This document shows, piece after piece, positions 61,081 to 64,000 of a stretch of DNA of 64,000 bases. Source of the DNA: an uncultured Gemmatimonadales bacterium (GTDB lineage: Bacteria; Gemmatimonadota; Gemmatimonadetes; Gemmatimonadales; Gemmatimonadaceae); NCBI GenBank assembly GCA_963793305.1, contig CAWBZV010000005.1, positions 480,001-544,000 of the forward strand, in the 5' to 3' direction. Under the pieces are notes generated by a model. That model worked only from the letters and a program-made list of their open reading frames with translations. It had not been told where the DNA came from and did no database searches. How positions within the stretch are numbered: the first letter of the stretch is position 1; every line of letters starts with the position of its first letter. Made by a program: the position numbers and the translations under genes.

Positions 61081-62183
61081 GGGCGCGGGCTCGCCGACTG
61101 ATAGGGGAGGTCGAGACGCACGCGTGTCCCCCGGACGGCGAGGGCGGCGATCTCGAGCCGATGATCGTTGGGGTACAGTCCCGCCAATCGCGCGCGCGTG
61201 TTCGTGAGGCCGACGCCTCCGGACGTGTCGGCGCGATCGCTGTCGTATCCTGGCCCATCGTCGACGATATCGATCGTGAGCCGATCCGCCTGGCGGTGGG
61301 CCGACACGCGTACACGGCCACGCCCGTCGGGGTCGCTCATCCCGTGACGCAACGCGTTCTCGACCAGTGGTTGGAGCAGCAACGGTGGCACGGCGGCGTC
61401 GAGTGCGTTGGCATCGGCGTCGATCGTGATCGCCACGGCGTCGTCGAACCGTGTGCGCTCGATGCCGACGTAGCGCTCGAGGAACGAGAGCTCGCGCTCG
61501 AGCGGGATGTGCTCGGTGTCCGTATCATCGACGACGCGGTGCAGGAGCTCGCTCAGGTCCAATACGACGCGGAGGGCCTCGTCGTTGTCGTGCCCGCGAA
61601 TCAGCATGGCGACGGTGTGCAGGGTGTTGAACAGAAAGTGCGGTTGGAGTTGGGCGCGGAGCGCGGCGAGCCTGGCCGAGAGGAGGTGGGTTTCGAGTCG
61701 GGCGGTCCGCTGTTGGTGGTCGACCGCGGAGCCGATCGCGATCACGCTCAGGTAGATGAAGAACTGGAACACCGTTCGCTCGAGCGACCAACCGATGAAG
61801 GAGGCGGCCGTGTCTCGGGTCACCCAACCGATCAGGATATTCTCGCCAAATCGCAGCACATTGAACGCGACCGTGAGCGCGAGCCCGATGGCGATGTGGA
61901 GGCCGAGCGTGCGGCGCCACTGGGGTCCAATGATCGGGAAGCGACGGACGAGGCGGAGCAGGACGGGCGTGAGCGCGACCCAGAACCCCCACGTGGCGAG
62001 CTCGCGCAGCAGGAAGCGAGGCCACCAGGCGAGGTCGTGGTGACCGGCCATGACGAGGTATACGGACGTGAAGAGCGTCGAGGCGCCGGCGACGACGGCC
62101 CAGACGACACCGATGACGAGCCACGAGTGGGGCGTTGCGCGCTCAGTCGCGGTGTATTCACCACGTGTTGACGCTACCGACAT
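61077..62183 (-). CDS. LytS-type sensor histidine kinase (intact)
   Basis: TM N-terminus; LRAQLQPHFLFNTL, LQPLVENALRHG, DDGPG, GVGLTN. Confidence 0.95.
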   Translation of the reverse strand: MSVASTRGEYTATERATPHSWLVIGVVWAVVAGASTLFTSVYLVMAGHHDLAWWPRFLLRELATWGFWVALTPVLLRLVRRFPIIGPQWRRTLGLHIAIGLALTVAFNVLRFGENILIGWVTRDTAASFIGWSLERTVFQFFIYLSVIAIGSAVDHQQRTARLETHLLSARLAALRAQLQPHFLFNTLHTVAMLIRGHDNDEALRVVLDLSELLHRVVDDTDTEHIPLERELSFLERYVGIERTRFDDAVAITIDADANALDAAVPPLLLQPLVENALRHGMSDPDGRGRVRVSAHRQADRLTIDIVDDGPGYDSDRADTSGGVGLTNTRARLAGLYPNDHRLEIAALAVRGTRVRLDLPYQSASPRP

Positions 62184-62270
62184 AGTGCGCGGTCCAGAGG
62201 CATGGGTGCTAATATGCGTTGGCACCAGTCAGCCCGCGTCGTCTCCAGGTGAGCAGGCCGCCTGGCGCAC

Positions 62271-62287
62271 GTTGCGTCCGTTCAAGA
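62271..62287 (+). promoter_or_regulatory. Recurrent site GTTGCGTCCGTTCAAGA
   Basis: AATACT at 20 nt; upstream of the SRPBCC gene. Confidence 0.8.
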
Positions 62288-62464
62288 CTGGCCGAACATA
62301 CGTCGCCAATACTCAACTATACCGAAAACAGGGTCAAGCGCCGCGGTTGCGGTGACAGGCGACCTGCCGGGCGGGACGGCCACAACCATGGATAGGATGA
62401 GATCCTCACGCACTACGCGAAAGCGATCGTGCGCTCGTGTGACACCCTGGAGGAGGATGGTGCC

Positions 62465-63016
62465 ATGCTTTGTCTGACGATGGCCGTATTGCTGACGGTG
62501 AGACCGTCACCGCTACCCGAGCCGCTACCCGAACTGGCGGCGATCGACCTGACAACCGAGGTGGCCGCGCCTGTGGACTCGGTCTGGAGCGCGTGGACGA
62601 CGCAGGCTGGAGTCACATCGTTCTTCGCGCCCGCGGCGCATGTGGAGCTCCGGATGGGTGGGTCCTACGACATCTACTTTCATCCTGAGGCGGCGGCTGG
62701 CCAGCGTGGCGGCGAGGGACTCCGGGTTCTGAGCTACCTACCGCGTCACATGATGTCGTTCGAGTGGATGGCCCCGCCGGAGTTCACGCGGGTGAACGAG
62801 CACCGCACCTTCGTGGTCGTGACGATGGACTCGATCGGACCCCGACGCACCCGCGTGACGCTCTCACACCGCGGATGGTATTGGGATGACGCGGACTGGC
62901 GACAGGTGCACGGGTTCTTCGAACAGGCGTGGCCAATGGTGCTGCGCAATCTTCGTCACCGGTTCGAGGTAGGGCCCATCGACTGGAAGGACCCGAACTT
63001 CAACTACGGCGGGTAG
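62465..63016 (+). CDS. SRPBCC/AHSA1 domain protein with signal-like N-terminus
   Basis: GGAGGAGG RBS; 'VAAPVDSVWSAWTT...VLSYLPRHMMSFEW..PP...TRVTLSH.GW'. Confidence 0.88.
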   Translation: MLCLTMAVLLTVRPSPLPEPLPELAAIDLTTEVAAPVDSVWSAWTTQAGVTSFFAPAAHVELRMGGSYDIYFHPEAAAGQRGGEGLRVLSYLPRHMMSFEWMAPPEFTRVNEHRTFVVVTMDSIGPRRTRVTLSHRGWYWDDADWRQVHGFFEQAWPMVLRNLRHRFEVGPIDWKDPNFNYGG

Positions 63017-63159
63017 CGTCTCGGCAATGTCCGTCTAGGTCGTGCCTGCCGGTGCCAAAAAACACGACGCGGACCACCTGGAGAGGATAGGTGGCCCGCG
63101 CCGCGTCCTATGCAGCATTCGTGCAGACGGCTGTAGAATAGTGCCAGTCACCATGCCGA

Positions 63160-63176
63160 TATTGAATGAACCCAAC
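63160..63176 (-). promoter_or_regulatory. Recurrent site GTTGGGTTCATTCAATA (orphan)
   Basis: TATTCT at 19 nt; no intact gene follows on the minus strand. Confidence 0.65.
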
Positions 63177-63188
63177 ATCGATCTACCT

Positions 63189-63205
63189 GTTTCGTTCATT
63201 CAAGA
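63189..63205 (+). promoter_or_regulatory. Recurrent site GTTTCGTTCATTCAAGA
   Basis: TATGGT at 19 nt; ATG 31 nt downstream. Confidence 0.75.
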
Positions 63206-63236
63206 ACCGTTGGCCGTCCCGCAATATGGTGCTCGG

Positions 63237-64000
63237 ATGATGAAGAACGTGTTGCTGGCGGTACTGGCCGTTCTGTGCGGGCGCCCAGCGGCTGCGCAGA
63301 CGGGGTTTCTGGATCGTACGATCACCCTGGGTGGGGAGTCGTATCGCTACCAGGTGTATGTGCCGGCCGAGTATTCGCGGAGCACGACCTGGCCGCTGAT
63401 CGTCTCGCTGCATGGTGGCGGGCGGCAGGGGACTGACGGTCTCCAACCTACGCAGATAGCGTTCGCCAGTCGGATCCGTGACAACCGGGCGGCGTTTCCG
63501 GCGATCGTGGTGTTTCCGCAGGCGCGACCGAATACGCGGTTCATGTATCCGGAGATGCAGAATCTGGTGATGGCGGAGATGCGCCGGACGATCCAGGAGT
63601 ATCGCATCGACACACTGCGCGTGTACCTGAACGCGCATTCGATGGGGGCGGAAGGAGCGTATCGCATCGCCTATCGGTGGCCGGGGACGTTCGCGGCGCT
63701 GGCGCTGTCAGCCGGGCAAGTCGAGATCCCGAATCCTCCGTACCCGCAGTCTGACATCGACATCGACCATAAAGCGAACGCGTTCACGACGGCGAGCGAT
63801 CCGTTCGCCGCGCTGGCGGAACGGGTCAAGCGGATCCCGATCTGGCTCTTTCACAGTGACTCGGATGAGGCGATGCCGGTCGAGCAGTCGCGGCAGTTGG
63901 TGGCGGCGCTCAAGAAGGTTGGGGCCAACGTGCACTACACGGAGTATCAGGGGATCAAGCACGACGAGGCGGCGCGACGGGCGTGGGGCGACAGCACGGT
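63237..64000 (+). CDS. Secreted predicted peptidase/esterase (alpha/beta hydrolase), partial at window edge
   Basis: Read manually: 'MMKNVLLAVLAV...QTGFLDRT...YQVYVP...WPLIVSLHGGG...VVFPQ...RVYLNAHSMG...IWLFHSDSD'. Confidence 0.85.
   Translation, partial: MMKNVLLAVLAVLCGRPAAAQTGFLDRTITLGGESYRYQVYVPAEYSRSTTWPLIVSLHGGGRQGTDGLQPTQIAFASRIRDNRAAFPAIVVFPQARPNTRFMYPEMQNLVMAEMRRTIQEYRIDTLRVYLNAHSMGAEGAYRIAYRWPGTFAALALSAGQVEIPNPPYPQSDIDIDHKANAFTTASDPFAALAERVKRIPIWLFHSDSDEAMPVEQSRQLVAALKKVGANVHYTEYQGIKHDEAARRAWGDST

Noticed and set aside
3543..63205. Recurrent motif as integron attC or recombinase sites (it contains GTT/AAC ends)
   Set aside because: No long attC hairpins, genes are in mixed orientation, no integrase is present and the truncation junctions do not coincide with motif copies. 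The fixed spacing to -10 and ATG fits a promoter better.
1..64000. CRISPR array, tRNA/rRNA, IS or prophage genes
   Set aside because: No regularly spaced repeats, RNA gene signatures, transposase or phage motifs were seen by eye

Overview
High-GC bacterial DNA, most likely from the Gemmatimonadota/Acidobacteriota group. This is inferred from the SusD-type lipoprotein, the CarboxypepD_reg+plug protein, and the ADOP permeases with an acidobacterial-type PadR. There are no housekeeping, rRNA, tRNA, CRISPR or IS genes. The window is an accessory region of ~55 genes and remnants: secreted or lipoprotein peptidases (M1, M13, M16 pair, M28, S41, DUF2268, CPBP, retropepsin-PDZ), alpha/beta and MBL hydrolases, beta-propellers, Tat flavoenzymes, four full-length and two fragmentary ADOP (MacB/FtsX-like orphan) permeases, and LytS/LytTR, OmpR-like and ECF regulators. 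The strongest unannotated signal is a 17-bp element, GTTG(C/G)(A/G)TYC(A/G)TTCAAGA with a TTG-N8-CAA core, found about 20 times, almost always intergenic. It is usually followed 18-20 nt later by an NAnnnT -10 hexamer, and in five cases by an ATG 31-33 nt downstream. This matches a class II CRP/FNR-type activated, partly leaderless promoter, implying a dense regulon whose regulator is not in the window. The region is heavily reworked, with many truncation or fusion junctions, an internally deleted padR, a ~95% identical partial ADOP copy, an 80-bp direct repeat around an inserted gene and orphaned promoters. About a dozen single-base frameshifts may be long-read errors. All assignments are by eye and no searches were run.
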